DNA from: Patescibacteria group bacterium
Lineage (GTDB): Bacteria > Patescibacteriota > Patescibacteriia > UBA11705 > JABHMO01
Direction of reading: 5' to 3'
NCBI GenBank assembly: GCA_018818405.1
Contig: JAHIRY010000038.1
Span: forward strand, 35,449-99,448
DNA: 64,000 nt
Below, piece by piece: positions 35,296-44,154 of the stretch (the stretch's first letter is position 1; each line of letters begins with the position of its first letter). The notes below the pieces were generated by a model. It was not told where the DNA came from. It made no database searches and worked only from the letters and a program-made list of their open reading frames with translations. Made by a program: the position numbers and the translations under genes.

Positions 35296-36138
35296 TCACC
35301 ATTTTAAATTCCGCGCCAAGAAAATCCAGTCTTCCACTGACAATTCCTGCGCGCGAACCGTCTCCTTCAAACCCAACTCGTGAAAAACGCTGAGAATCTT
35401 CAAAAGAGGAATATTCAATTTTTCCGCCAGATTGCTCTTTAAAAGTTTTCGCTTCGCGCCAAAACCCGCGCGCGCTATTTCAAAAAGCCGCGTTGAATCA
35501 ATATTATATTTATCGGAACGAATCCGACCGAGTCTGATCACCGCGCTTTCCACTTTCGGTACGGGAAAAAAACAATTGTGGCTGACGGAAAAAAGAATCT
35601 TCGGCTCGCAGGAAAAACGGACAGCCAATGACAGCAAATTCATATCGCCCGCGCGCGCCAAAATCCGCTGAGCCACTTCCTTTTGAATCATGAGAATCAT
35701 TTCTTCCGGCGGATAATCGCATTCCAAAAATCGTCTGATGAAATTGCTCGTAATATTGTAAGGCAAATTGGCGACAATCTTGTACGGTTTTCCGCCAAAC
35801 TCTTTCTTTATCTCAGCCATCGGTATTTTCAAAATATCAATGTTTTTTATTTTTAAATTTTCATATTTCTTTCCCAATTCTTCGGCCAAAACATCTGACA
35901 ATTTTTTGTCTTTTTCCACCGCGAGAACATGGCCGGTCCGCTCCGCCAGCTCAGCTGTCAAAAATCCGAGGCCCGGTCCGACTTCCAGCACATTGACGGT
36001 CTTTTTTAATTCCGCCGAATTGATAATTTTCTTCAATATATTTTTATCAATCAAAAAATTCTGGCTGAAATATTTTTTCGGCATCAATTGATATTTTTCC
36101 AATAATTCGAATATCTCTTGTTTCATTTTGAATAACAA
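35296..36138 (-). CDS. rsmA: 16S rRNA (adenine1518/1519-N6)-dimethyltransferase
   Basis: FSQNFLID, LEVGPGLGFLT SAM motif, NLPYNIT. Confidence 0.85.
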   Translation of the reverse strand: MLFKMKQEIFELLEKYQLMPKKYFSQNFLIDKNILKKIINSAELKKTVNVLEVGPGLGFLTAELAERTGHVLAVEKDKKLSDVLAEELGKKYENLKIKNIDILKIPMAEIKKEFGGKPYKIVANLPYNITSNFIRRFLECDYPPEEMILMIQKEVAQRILARAGDMNLLSLAVRFSCEPKILFSVSHNCFFPVPKVESAVIRLGRIRSDKYNIDSTRLFEIARAGFGAKRKLLKSNLAEKLNIPLLKILSVFHELGLKETVRAQELSVEDWIFLARNLKW

Positions 36139-36180
36139 AAATTATTTGTAATATTCCGCCGTCATCCGAAACAATCCGTT

Positions 36181-36238
36181 CGGAAATGTGGAATTGTAAG
36201 GGTTCAACATGTTGAACCCTTACAATTCCACATTTCCG
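36181..36238. repeat. 58-bp perfect palindrome (29-bp arms) between prfB and rsmA
   Basis: CGGAAATGTGGAATTGTAAGGGTTCAACA|TGTTGAACCCTTACAATTCCACATTTCCG verified base by base. Confidence 0.9.
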
Positions 36239-36262
36239 CAATTCCGTTATAATTCAACGTCC

Positions 36263-37357
36263 CTATTTTACGATGCTGCGCAAATACGATTCCATTAGCG
36301 GCATCAATTCTCCATCCAAAACCGCGTCAACATCAGTTGCTTCAAATCCGGTTCGATGATCTTTTACCAATTTGTAAGGATGAATCACATACGATCGCGC
36401 CTGATTTCCCCAGGCGGCTTCCGTGTATTCGCCGCGCAATTTTTGCCGTTCTTCTTCATGCTCGGCTTCAAAATATTTTTGCAATTTTGATTTCAAAACT
36501 TTCATTGCCGTTTCCTTGTTTTGCAATTGCGATCTTTCATTCTGACAGCTGACAACGATTTTTGTCGGCAGATGCGTTATTCTCACCGCCGAATCAGTCT
36601 TGTTCACTCCCTGCCCTCCGTGTCCGCCCGCCCTGAAAGTATCAATCCGCAAATCATTCGGATCGATTTCAATTTCTTTCAATTCTTCCACCATTGGCAA
36701 AACTTCAACCAAGGCAAAAGAAGTATGCCTCATCTTTTCCGCGTCAAAAGGAGAAATGCGCACCAATCGATGAACGCCGTTTTCGCTTTTGAAATAACCG
36801 TAACTGTTTTTTCCCGACACTTCAAACAAAACGCTTTTTATTCCAGCCTCTCCGCCGGATGAGATCGTGATTATTTTCGAATTCCAATTTCGCTTTTCAC
36901 AAAACCGCAAATACATTCTCAAGATCATTTCCGCCCAATCCTGCGCGTCTGTTCCGCCGGCTCCGGCATGAATGGCAACAATGCAATCGCCGCGATCGTA
37001 TTTTCCCTGAAACAACAAATCGATTTCCAGCTCATCAAATCTTTTTTCCAATCGGCCAAGCTGTTCTTCAATTTCTTTTTGCAGATTAACTTCCCTGTCT
37101 TCCTTGTCCATTTGCGCCAATTCTTCCAGATCTTTTATTTCATTTTTCATTTTTTCCCAATTTTCGATTTCCTGCTCAAAATCACTCGCCTCTTGACTCA
37201 CTTGTTTTGCTCGAGACTGATCGCTCCAAAATCCGGGCCGGCTCATTTGTTCTTGCAATTCAATGATTCTCTGTCTTTTTTCATCAATTCGAATAAGTTG
37301 CCAGACTTTTTGCAGGCGGTCTTTCAATTCTCCAATTTTTATTATTGTTTCATTCAC
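36263..37357 (-). CDS. prfB: peptide chain release factor 2, single uninterrupted ORF (no programmed +1 frameshift)
   Basis: SPF tripeptide, GGQ motif (GGHGGQGVNKT), RF2-specific N-terminus. Confidence 0.9.
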   Translation of the reverse strand: MNETIIKIGELKDRLQKVWQLIRIDEKRQRIIELQEQMSRPGFWSDQSRAKQVSQEASDFEQEIENWEKMKNEIKDLEELAQMDKEDREVNLQKEIEEQLGRLEKRFDELEIDLLFQGKYDRGDCIVAIHAGAGGTDAQDWAEMILRMYLRFCEKRNWNSKIITISSGGEAGIKSVLFEVSGKNSYGYFKSENGVHRLVRISPFDAEKMRHTSFALVEVLPMVEELKEIEIDPNDLRIDTFRAGGHGGQGVNKTDSAVRITHLPTKIVVSCQNERSQLQNKETAMKVLKSKLQKYFEAEHEEERQKLRGEYTEAAWGNQARSYVIHPYKLVKDHRTGFEATDVDAVLDGELMPLMESYLRSIVK

Positions 37358-37371
37358 AATATTTTTTCGTG

Positions 37372-38598
37372 TTATTGATTATCCTCCCGTTCAGCCAATT
37401 TAACTTTCAATGTTTTTTCCGCGTCTTTGTGAAAAATTTTCAAAGTAATTTCATCGCCCGGTTTGAATTTTGCGATAAAACCGACAAGCGAGTGTTCATG
37501 ATCAATCTTCTCGCCGTTTATTTCCAAAATAATGTCATTTTCCTCGATTCCCGCTTTTTCCGCCGGACTGCCGGGAACAATGGCAACACTGTCATCTCCA
37601 TCGCCGCGAACAATCAGCGCGCCGTATTCATATTTCAAATTTTCGCTTCTTGCCAATTCTTCATTGATTCCCGCATAACGCACACCCAGCCACGGCCGAA
37701 CGATTCTCCCAAAGGTTTTCACGCTTTCAATAACATTCTTCGCCTGATTTATCGGAATGGCAAAGCCGAGTGACTGACCGCCGTTGTTTACCGCCGTATT
37801 GATTCCAATAACCTGACCGGCAATATTCAAAAGAGGACCGCCGGAATTTCCCGGATTTATCGCCGCGTCCGTCTGCAAAGCTTCTTCAATCACCTCTGAA
37901 AAACCTCTGCCATCACCGGCAATGATCCGCCGATTGATTCCGCTTATGACCCCGCGAGTAACGGTATTTCTATATTCATCCAACGCATTGCCAATGGCAA
38001 TGGCTGTTTGTCCGATTTCAATTTTGTCAGAATCGCCAATATCGATCACCGGCAAATCATTGGCGTCAATTTTCAAAATGGCAAGATCGTAAACCGCGTC
38101 GCGGCCAAGAACCTTGGCTTCAAATTTTTTTCCGTCATTGAACACAACCGAATATTCCGCGTCAGGATCTGCCACCACATGTCTATTTGTCACAATCAAT
38201 CCGTCACTGCCGACAACAAAACCCGAACCTCCGCCAATCGCTTGCTTTTCCCCGTCGGCGCTCGGCTGTTGAAAATCATTTCCGAAAAAATCAAACGCAT
38301 CCGGTCCGGTCATATTGAAAACATTATTCACTTCTTTTGTGACAAGAATACTGACAACGGACGGAGAAACTTTTTTCACCACATCAATAGTGGAAGATTC
38401 TTCTGAAACTTCATAAACTTTCTTTTGGCCGGTAATCTGCTGAGTCAGATCATTTTCCAAAAATTTCTGTCCCCAAGAACTTCGCTCCAAATACGGCTTG
38501 ATAAAAAAAGAACCGCAAGCGCCGCCAAAAGCGCCGACAATCAAACTCACGATAACCAACATGGCGAACAATCCGCGAAAATCTTGTTTTGTCTTCAT
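37372..38598 (-). CDS. htrA: HtrA/DegP-family serine protease with PDZ domain, N-terminal TM anchor
   Basis: catalytic-His region GSGFVVGSDGLIVTNRHVV; GNSGGPLLN catalytic Ser motif; C-terminal PDZ. Confidence 0.85.
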   Translation of the reverse strand: MKTKQDFRGLFAMLVIVSLIVGAFGGACGSFFIKPYLERSSWGQKFLENDLTQQITGQKKVYEVSEESSTIDVVKKVSPSVVSILVTKEVNNVFNMTGPDAFDFFGNDFQQPSADGEKQAIGGGSGFVVGSDGLIVTNRHVVADPDAEYSVVFNDGKKFEAKVLGRDAVYDLAILKIDANDLPVIDIGDSDKIEIGQTAIAIGNALDEYRNTVTRGVISGINRRIIAGDGRGFSEVIEEALQTDAAINPGNSGGPLLNIAGQVIGINTAVNNGGQSLGFAIPINQAKNVIESVKTFGRIVRPWLGVRYAGINEELARSENLKYEYGALIVRGDGDDSVAIVPGSPAEKAGIEENDIILEINGEKIDHEHSLVGFIAKFKPGDEITLKIFHKDAEKTLKVKLAEREDNQ

Positions 38599-38752
38599 AT
38601 TTTTTTGCTCAAGAAACCGCTGATAAATATTTTTTTACACGAATTTTTTTATAAATTCCTTCATTCCGCCCGGCAAAAGAAAAAAAACTCGATTGAAAAA
38701 AATTTTTCAGAAGCTTCCCTACAAGTTAAAAATTTTTATTTGCTCATTATAC

Positions 38753-38785
38753 CAAAAAAAATACTGTTTCAAAACAGTATTTCTT
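38753..38785 (-). terminator. intrinsic terminator for the 38793 gene
   Basis: ATACTGTTT-CAA-AACAGTAT hairpin with adjacent A-run (U-run on the minus strand). Confidence 0.45.
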
Positions 38786-38792
38786 ATATTTC

Positions 38793-39062
38793 TCATTGGC
38801 CTAAAAAACCCTTCAAAAAATCACCCGGCACGCTCGAGCCGCCGCCAATATTCCCCATTAATTGTTTGTAGGTTTCAATCGCTTCGCGCAAAATCGGAAC
38901 CGCGTACAAAATGGCCAAAACCACCGGAACAATAATTATGACAAGCTTGATAATGCTGAAAATCTGCGACCACAAAATATACCGCTGAGTCCGAACCATC
39001 ATTTTGTGGATTCCTTTTGAATATTCCAAATTCTGACGCAACAACTTTTTTATTTCCTCCAT
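38793..39062 (-). CDS. small hypothetical membrane protein
   Basis: 89 aa, one TM helix; located downstream of the composite repeat. Confidence 0.45.
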   Translation of the reverse strand: MEEIKKLLRQNLEYSKGIHKMMVRTQRYILWSQIFSIIKLVIIIVPVVLAILYAVPILREAIETYKQLMGNIGGGSSVPGDFLKGFLGQ

Positions 39063-39202
39063 ATTATATTTTTATTTCGAATTTCATTTTGAGGTCGCTA
39101 ATTTACCGCCGCAGCGTGCGGGGTTCCGCTCGCAGCGGGACGAATGTCACAAATATTACGAATTATCCTTTGCAACTAAAAAATTTATAATTTATTATTT
39201 TA

Positions 39203-39345
39203 GTATTTCGAATTTAGAATTTTATTTAATTGAATTCCAGGCGCAAGATTTTGCGCCGGATTAGGCGGGTGCAACCCGCCTCTACAAAAATTGTTACATG
39301 CTTCATGTTATGTGCTCCTTGCTCCCTGCTCCTTTCTCCCTGCCA
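39203..39345. repeat. composite structured intergenic repeat, copy 2 (includes the R1 hairpin module)
   Basis: same blocks as 13421-13540 plus the AGGCGGGTGCAACCCGCCTCTACA module. Confidence 0.75.
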
Positions 39346-39348
39346 ACG

Positions 39349-40035
39349 CTACCGAACCCTGCAAACCCCGAACCAATCTTCAAATTTCCGACAGATTTCC
39401 TGCAATTGTCTTTTCGTATAAATATTCTCACTGATAAAATCCATATTTACCAGCTTTACCGCCGGACGGAATTGCTGGAGAAAAAATTTGTCAGCGCCTT
39501 TTACCTGCTCCGCCATTGCGACAATGTCATCTTCGGAATGAAGGCGCGGCAAAACAGTGGAACGAAATTCATGAGGCAATCCGCTCTCTTTTATTATTAT
39601 AACACTTTTCTTGATTGAATCTAAATCAACTTTGCGGCCGATAATTTGCGGATACTTTTCCCACGGAAATTTTATATCCATCGCCAGATAATCAACCAGC
39701 TTTGCCTTTACAAGATTTTCCAACACTTCCGGCCGGCTGCCGTTGGTGTCGATTTTTATGAGATAATCCAAATCTTTTAATTTTCCGACAAAAGAAATCA
39801 GATCATTCTGCACTGTCGGCTCTCCGCCGGTAATGCAAACCGCGTCAGTCAAATTTTTTCTTTTTTTCAAAAAATTCAAAACCGTTGACACCGGAATCAC
39901 CCGCGAAATTCCCTTGACAATTTCCGGATTATGACAAAAAGAGCAGCGAAAATTACACCCGATGGTGAAGATTGTCGCTGCCACTTTGTCCGGATAATCA
40001 ATGAGAGTTGTCTTCTGGAGTCCCCCGATTAACAT
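39349..40035 (-). CDS. nrdG: anaerobic ribonucleotide reductase activating protein (radical SAM)
   Basis: CNFRCSFCHNPE CxxxCxxC radical-SAM cluster; adjacent to nrdD. Confidence 0.8.
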   Translation of the reverse strand: MLIGGLQKTTLIDYPDKVAATIFTIGCNFRCSFCHNPEIVKGISRVIPVSTVLNFLKKRKNLTDAVCITGGEPTVQNDLISFVGKLKDLDYLIKIDTNGSRPEVLENLVKAKLVDYLAMDIKFPWEKYPQIIGRKVDLDSIKKSVIIIKESGLPHEFRSTVLPRLHSEDDIVAMAEQVKGADKFFLQQFRPAVKLVNMDFISENIYTKRQLQEICRKFEDWFGVCRVR

Positions 40036-40110
40036 TTGATTTCAATTAATCCAATCGAGTATTTAACGCGATTTTAAAAACAAAGAATTATAACAGATTA
40101 AACTTTTTAT

Positions 40111-40254
40111 CTATTTATTCAACATGCGGCTGAATGTTTTTCTGTCGCCGAATTCAGCTTTTTTTCCGTCATTCCACCGCTGAATCGGACTCAAGTATCC
40201 GACAACCCGTGAATAAACCTCGCATTTTTGTCTCTCAAGTTTTCTTGCTGCCAT
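40111..40254 (-). CDS. standalone 47-aa glycyl-radical domain ORF (the C-terminal tail missing from NrdD)
   Basis: MAARKLERQKCEVYSRVVGYLSPIQRWNDGKKAEFGDRKTFSRMLNK; RVxGYL glycyl-radical motif and downstream N.GK..E..R as in NrdD C-termini; not in the ORF track because it is under 60 aa. Confidence 0.6.
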   Translation of the reverse strand: MAARKLERQKCEVYSRVVGYLSPIQRWNDGKKAEFGDRKTFSRMLNK

Positions 40255-40300
40255 AATTTTTTTCATTTTATTTTTATTAAATTAAATTCTTTTTTTCGCT

Positions 40301-42367
40301 TTATTGAAATTGCTTTACTTCATTCGCCAGCAGAATATTCTCCGCATATCCCATTTCTTCGTCGCATGTCGGACAATATTCATATTCTCCTTCCAGATAT
40401 CCATGAATCGGACAAACGCTGAATGTGGGAGTAATGGTAAAATACGGCAAACGGAAATTTTCCGCGATTTTCCGAACCAATGCTTTTGTGCTCTCGGCCG
40501 ACGGCAGGCTCTCGCCGACAAATCCGTGCAAAACCGTTCCGCCGGTATAGCGCGTCTGCAATTCATCTTGCAATCTCAACGCTTCGAAAATATCATCAGT
40601 GTAATTCACCGGCAGATGAGTGGAATTCGTATAATACGGCGCAGCGCCGGTATTTTTGCACGCTTGTTCATTGGCAACGACAATTTCCGGATATTTTTCC
40701 TTGTCCAATCGGGCGAAACGATAAGAAGTTCCTTCAGCCGGAGTTGCTTCCAGATTGAAAAGCTCATTGCTGGCATTCTGATAATCCATCAGCCGCTCGC
40801 GCATGAAATCCAATAATTGCATTGCGAATTTGTGTCCTTCCGGAGCGGCGATATTTTCTCCCAACAAATTCAAGCAAGCTTCATTCGCGCCATTCAGTCC
40901 GATGGTATTGAAATGATTTTTCCAATATTCGCCGAAACGTTCCTTGATCCCGGTCAGATAATGTCTGGAATACGGATACAGACCGCCGTCAATGAATTTT
41001 TCCAAAATTCCGCGCTTCACTTTCAAGCTGTCTCTCGCCAGATCCATGAGTCTTGCCAATTGTTCAAAAAATTCTTCTTTTGTTTTCGACAAATATCCGA
41101 GCCGAGCCAAATTGATAGTCACAACTCCGATCGAGCCGGTCAGCGGATTGGCGCCGAAAAGTCCGCCTCCTCTTTTTCTCAATTCCCTATTGTCCAGACG
41201 CAGTCGGCAACACATGCTTCGCGCATCTTCCGGCGACATGTCGCTGTTGATAAAATTTGAAAAATACGGAATTCCGTATTTCGCGGTCATTCCCATTATT
41301 TTTTCAATAATCGGCGCTTCCCAATTCCAATCTTTGCTCACATTGTAAGTCGGAATCGGCCAGCTCAGAACTCTGCCCTTGCGATCGCCCTCGGTCATTA
41401 CTTCTATAAACGCCTGATTGAACATGTCCATTTCAACTTGATATTCGCCGTAAGTTTCATTTTGCGGTTCGCCGCCGATGAGAACTTGTTCATTCGCCAG
41501 ATTGCTAGGAACGAACAGATCCAGCGTCACATTGGTAAACGGAGTTTGAAAACCCACGCGCGTCGGCACATTCATATTGAAGAGGAACATTTGCACTTGC
41601 TGTTTCACCTGATCGTAATTCAAATTGTCATAACGGATAAACGGCGCGACCAAAGTATCCAAATTCGAAACAGCCTGCGCTCCTGCCGCCTCGCCCTGCA
41701 ATGTATAGAAAAAATTTACCAATTGGCTGAGAGCGGTTGTCAAATGTTTCGGCGGTTTGCTCTCCACTTTTCCGCGCACTCCGCCAAATCCGCGCAACAT
41801 CAAATCCTGCAAATCCCAACCGCAACAATATGGCGCCAGAAGTTGAAGATCATGAATATGAAAATCGCCCTGCACATGCGCGTCTCTGATTTCCGGAGAA
41901 TAAACTTTGTTCAGCCAATAATTCGTACTGATTGTAGATGCAACATAATTGTTCAATCCCTGAAGAGAATAATCCATGTTGCTGTTTTCGCGCACTTTCC
42001 AGTCCAACTGTTTCAAATATCCCTCCATCAATTCATCGGAATTTATCATGTTCTGAATATCGCGCATTTTCGAATGCTGATCGCGATATATGATGTAATA
42101 CTTTGCAACTCGCAACAGTTTGCTTTCGATTAAAATATTTTCAACAATATCCTGAATCTCTTCAACCGCGGGAATTGATCTCTCATGAAATTTTTTGTTC
42201 AATGTCTCAACCACCAAATCCGATAATGCCTCGGCTTTTTCCCGGTCAGGCTCGCCGGCCGCACGCATTGATTTAAAAATAGCCAATACTATTTTTTCCT
42301 GATCAAAATCAACGATTCGGTCGTCTCTTTTTCTTATTTGAATGATTTTGTTGGCAGAATAGGTCAT
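40301..42367 (-). CDS. nrdD: anaerobic ribonucleoside-triphosphate reductase, class III, truncated before the glycyl-radical loop
   Basis: N-terminal ATP-cone; class-III core; C-terminal CPIH...CPTC Zn-ribbon remnant, then stop; no RVxGY in this ORF. Confidence 0.9.
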   Translation of the reverse strand: MTYSANKIIQIRKRDDRIVDFDQEKIVLAIFKSMRAAGEPDREKAEALSDLVVETLNKKFHERSIPAVEEIQDIVENILIESKLLRVAKYYIIYRDQHSKMRDIQNMINSDELMEGYLKQLDWKVRENSNMDYSLQGLNNYVASTISTNYWLNKVYSPEIRDAHVQGDFHIHDLQLLAPYCCGWDLQDLMLRGFGGVRGKVESKPPKHLTTALSQLVNFFYTLQGEAAGAQAVSNLDTLVAPFIRYDNLNYDQVKQQVQMFLFNMNVPTRVGFQTPFTNVTLDLFVPSNLANEQVLIGGEPQNETYGEYQVEMDMFNQAFIEVMTEGDRKGRVLSWPIPTYNVSKDWNWEAPIIEKIMGMTAKYGIPYFSNFINSDMSPEDARSMCCRLRLDNRELRKRGGGLFGANPLTGSIGVVTINLARLGYLSKTKEEFFEQLARLMDLARDSLKVKRGILEKFIDGGLYPYSRHYLTGIKERFGEYWKNHFNTIGLNGANEACLNLLGENIAAPEGHKFAMQLLDFMRERLMDYQNASNELFNLEATPAEGTSYRFARLDKEKYPEIVVANEQACKNTGAAPYYTNSTHLPVNYTDDIFEALRLQDELQTRYTGGTVLHGFVGESLPSAESTKALVRKIAENFRLPYFTITPTFSVCPIHGYLEGEYEYCPTCDEEMGYAENILLANEVKQFQ

Positions 42368-42397
42368 AATTACTGACTAATAAAAATTAAATAATGG

Positions 42398-42485
42398 TAA
42401 GATAGTAAGCGAGATAAGCAAGAAAGAGAGATAAGCAAGTTAAGTTTATCCCGCCCTCGGTGGAACGAGTTAAGTTATAATTCGC
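42398..42485. repeat. repeat family R3, copy 3
   Basis: AGCGAGATAAGCAAGAAAGAGAGATAAGCAAGTTAAGTTTATCCCGCCCTCGG...GAGTTAAGT. Confidence 0.7.
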
Positions 42486-42766
42486 AATTATTCCTACAAG
42501 CTAAACAGCTACAACTTTTACAAATTAAAAAAAGATAGCCCCGCAAGCATATAAATCATCTCCATATGCTTAACTACATTATACGCCAATTGCAATGTCA
42601 CGGCAACTTACCGAATATTAAATTTTTTCACCTAAAAATCAGAAAAATTAAGTGTCGCCAAATTTTCAGGGAAATGCATTCTTTGTACTGTGGATAAATA
42701 AAAACTCGATTCATCTATTACAAAACCCGGACAATTGCCCGGGTTTAAACTATTTTAAAGTTTATT

Positions 42767-44080
42767 TTACATCATTTTTCGTCGAATAAATGCCGGGATT
42801 TCCAGATCTTCATCATCATTTGAAAGCAAATCATCATTTGAAGAATTCGACTCCTCCTGTTTATATCTGCTAAAATCATCCAACTGCGGCGGTTGTTGCC
42901 TCGGTTGTTGTTGCGGTTGTTGCTGAGGTTGCGGTTGCTGTTGCGGCTGTTGCGCCGGTTTTTCCGGCCGGCGGAAATCAAACAACGGTCGTTCTTCTTC
43001 CCGTTCCTTTGGCGCCGGAATCGGTTCTTCGCGAGGACGGATAGGAGCCGCAAAAAAATTCGGCGTTGGCTGTACCGGCTGAGAATTGGAATTTATTTTC
43101 GGAACAGATGAGAACGAAGCGGGAGATTTTTCATCAAATCCGGTTGCCACCACAGTCACTTTTATCTGCTCCTTTAAATTTTCATCAATAACCGCGCCAA
43201 AAATGATTCTCGCGTCATTGTCAGCTGATTCTGTGATTGTCTTTGCCGCTTCGCTCACTTCATACATAGACAAATCCGGTCCACCGGTGACTGTAAACAA
43301 TATTCCTTTCGCGCCTTCTATGGAAATTTCCAAAAGAGGACTGGCGATCGCGGCTCGCGCCGCTTCGACCGCGCGATCATCACCGCCCGCTTCGCCGATT
43401 CCCATGAGCGCTGAACCGCTGTTTTCCAAAATTGTTCTTAAATCAGCAAAATCAATATTGATCAAACCGGGCAGAGTGATCAATTCGGAAATTCCTTGCA
43501 CACCCTGACGCAGAACTTCATCCATAACCATGAAAGCCTCGATGAGCGGAGTTTTTTTGTCTATAATCTGCCAAATCTGATCATTGGGAATTGTTATCAA
43601 AGTATCCACTTTTCCTTTGAACTCTTTTAATGCTTCTTCCGCGATTTTCTTTCGCGGCGCGCCTTCAAATGAAAACGGTCTGGTCACTACCGCGATTGTA
43701 AGAGCTCCGATCTCTCTGGCAACTTCCGCGATCTTCGGTCCTGCGCCGGAACCTGTTCCTCCGCCCGCCCCGCATGTAATAAAAACCAGATCAGCGCCTT
43801 CCAATGCTTCTTTAATTTCCATTTGCGATTCTTCGGCCGCTTTTCTACCGATACTCGGGTTCATGCCAGCGCCCAATCCTCGGGTCGTCCCCTTTCCGAT
43901 GTGAATTTTATTTCCAGCCAAATTTGCATAGAGAGCTTGCAAATCATCATCCACAACAATAAATTCAACCCCTTTAATGCGAGATTGAATCATTCGATTA
44001 ATTGACGCTCCGCCAGCCCCTCCCACGCCCACTACCTTGATTCTGGCAAATGTTTGTATTTCCGGTTTTACTTCTGGCAT
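42767..44080 (-). CDS. ftsZ: cell division GTPase FtsZ with Q/P-rich C-terminal linker
   Basis: GVGGAGGASIN, tubulin signature GGGTGSG, C-terminal QQPQ repeats. Confidence 0.95.
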   Translation of the reverse strand: MPEVKPEIQTFARIKVVGVGGAGGASINRMIQSRIKGVEFIVVDDDLQALYANLAGNKIHIGKGTTRGLGAGMNPSIGRKAAEESQMEIKEALEGADLVFITCGAGGGTGSGAGPKIAEVAREIGALTIAVVTRPFSFEGAPRKKIAEEALKEFKGKVDTLITIPNDQIWQIIDKKTPLIEAFMVMDEVLRQGVQGISELITLPGLINIDFADLRTILENSGSALMGIGEAGGDDRAVEAARAAIASPLLEISIEGAKGILFTVTGGPDLSMYEVSEAAKTITESADNDARIIFGAVIDENLKEQIKVTVVATGFDEKSPASFSSVPKINSNSQPVQPTPNFFAAPIRPREEPIPAPKEREEERPLFDFRRPEKPAQQPQQQPQPQQQPQQQPRQQPPQLDDFSRYKQEESNSSNDDLLSNDDEDLEIPAFIRRKMM

Positions 44081-44154
44081 ATCATCGGCAGTTAATGTTA
44101 TTCATACAAAAAGACTTTTCAATTCCTCGATTTAATTATTTAATCATATTATTC

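Noticed and set aside
36263-37357. Expected prfB +1 frameshift site
   Set aside because: The ORF is continuous from the RF2-type N-terminus, with no CTTTGAC-like shift site and no need for one. It is reported as a single CDS.
40228-40422. 64-aa plus-strand ORF with a TTG start overlapping the nrdD end
   Set aside because: It is antisense to the nrdD C-terminus and to the glycyl-radical small ORF and has no recognisable features. The minus-strand reading carries the conserved RVVGYL motif instead.
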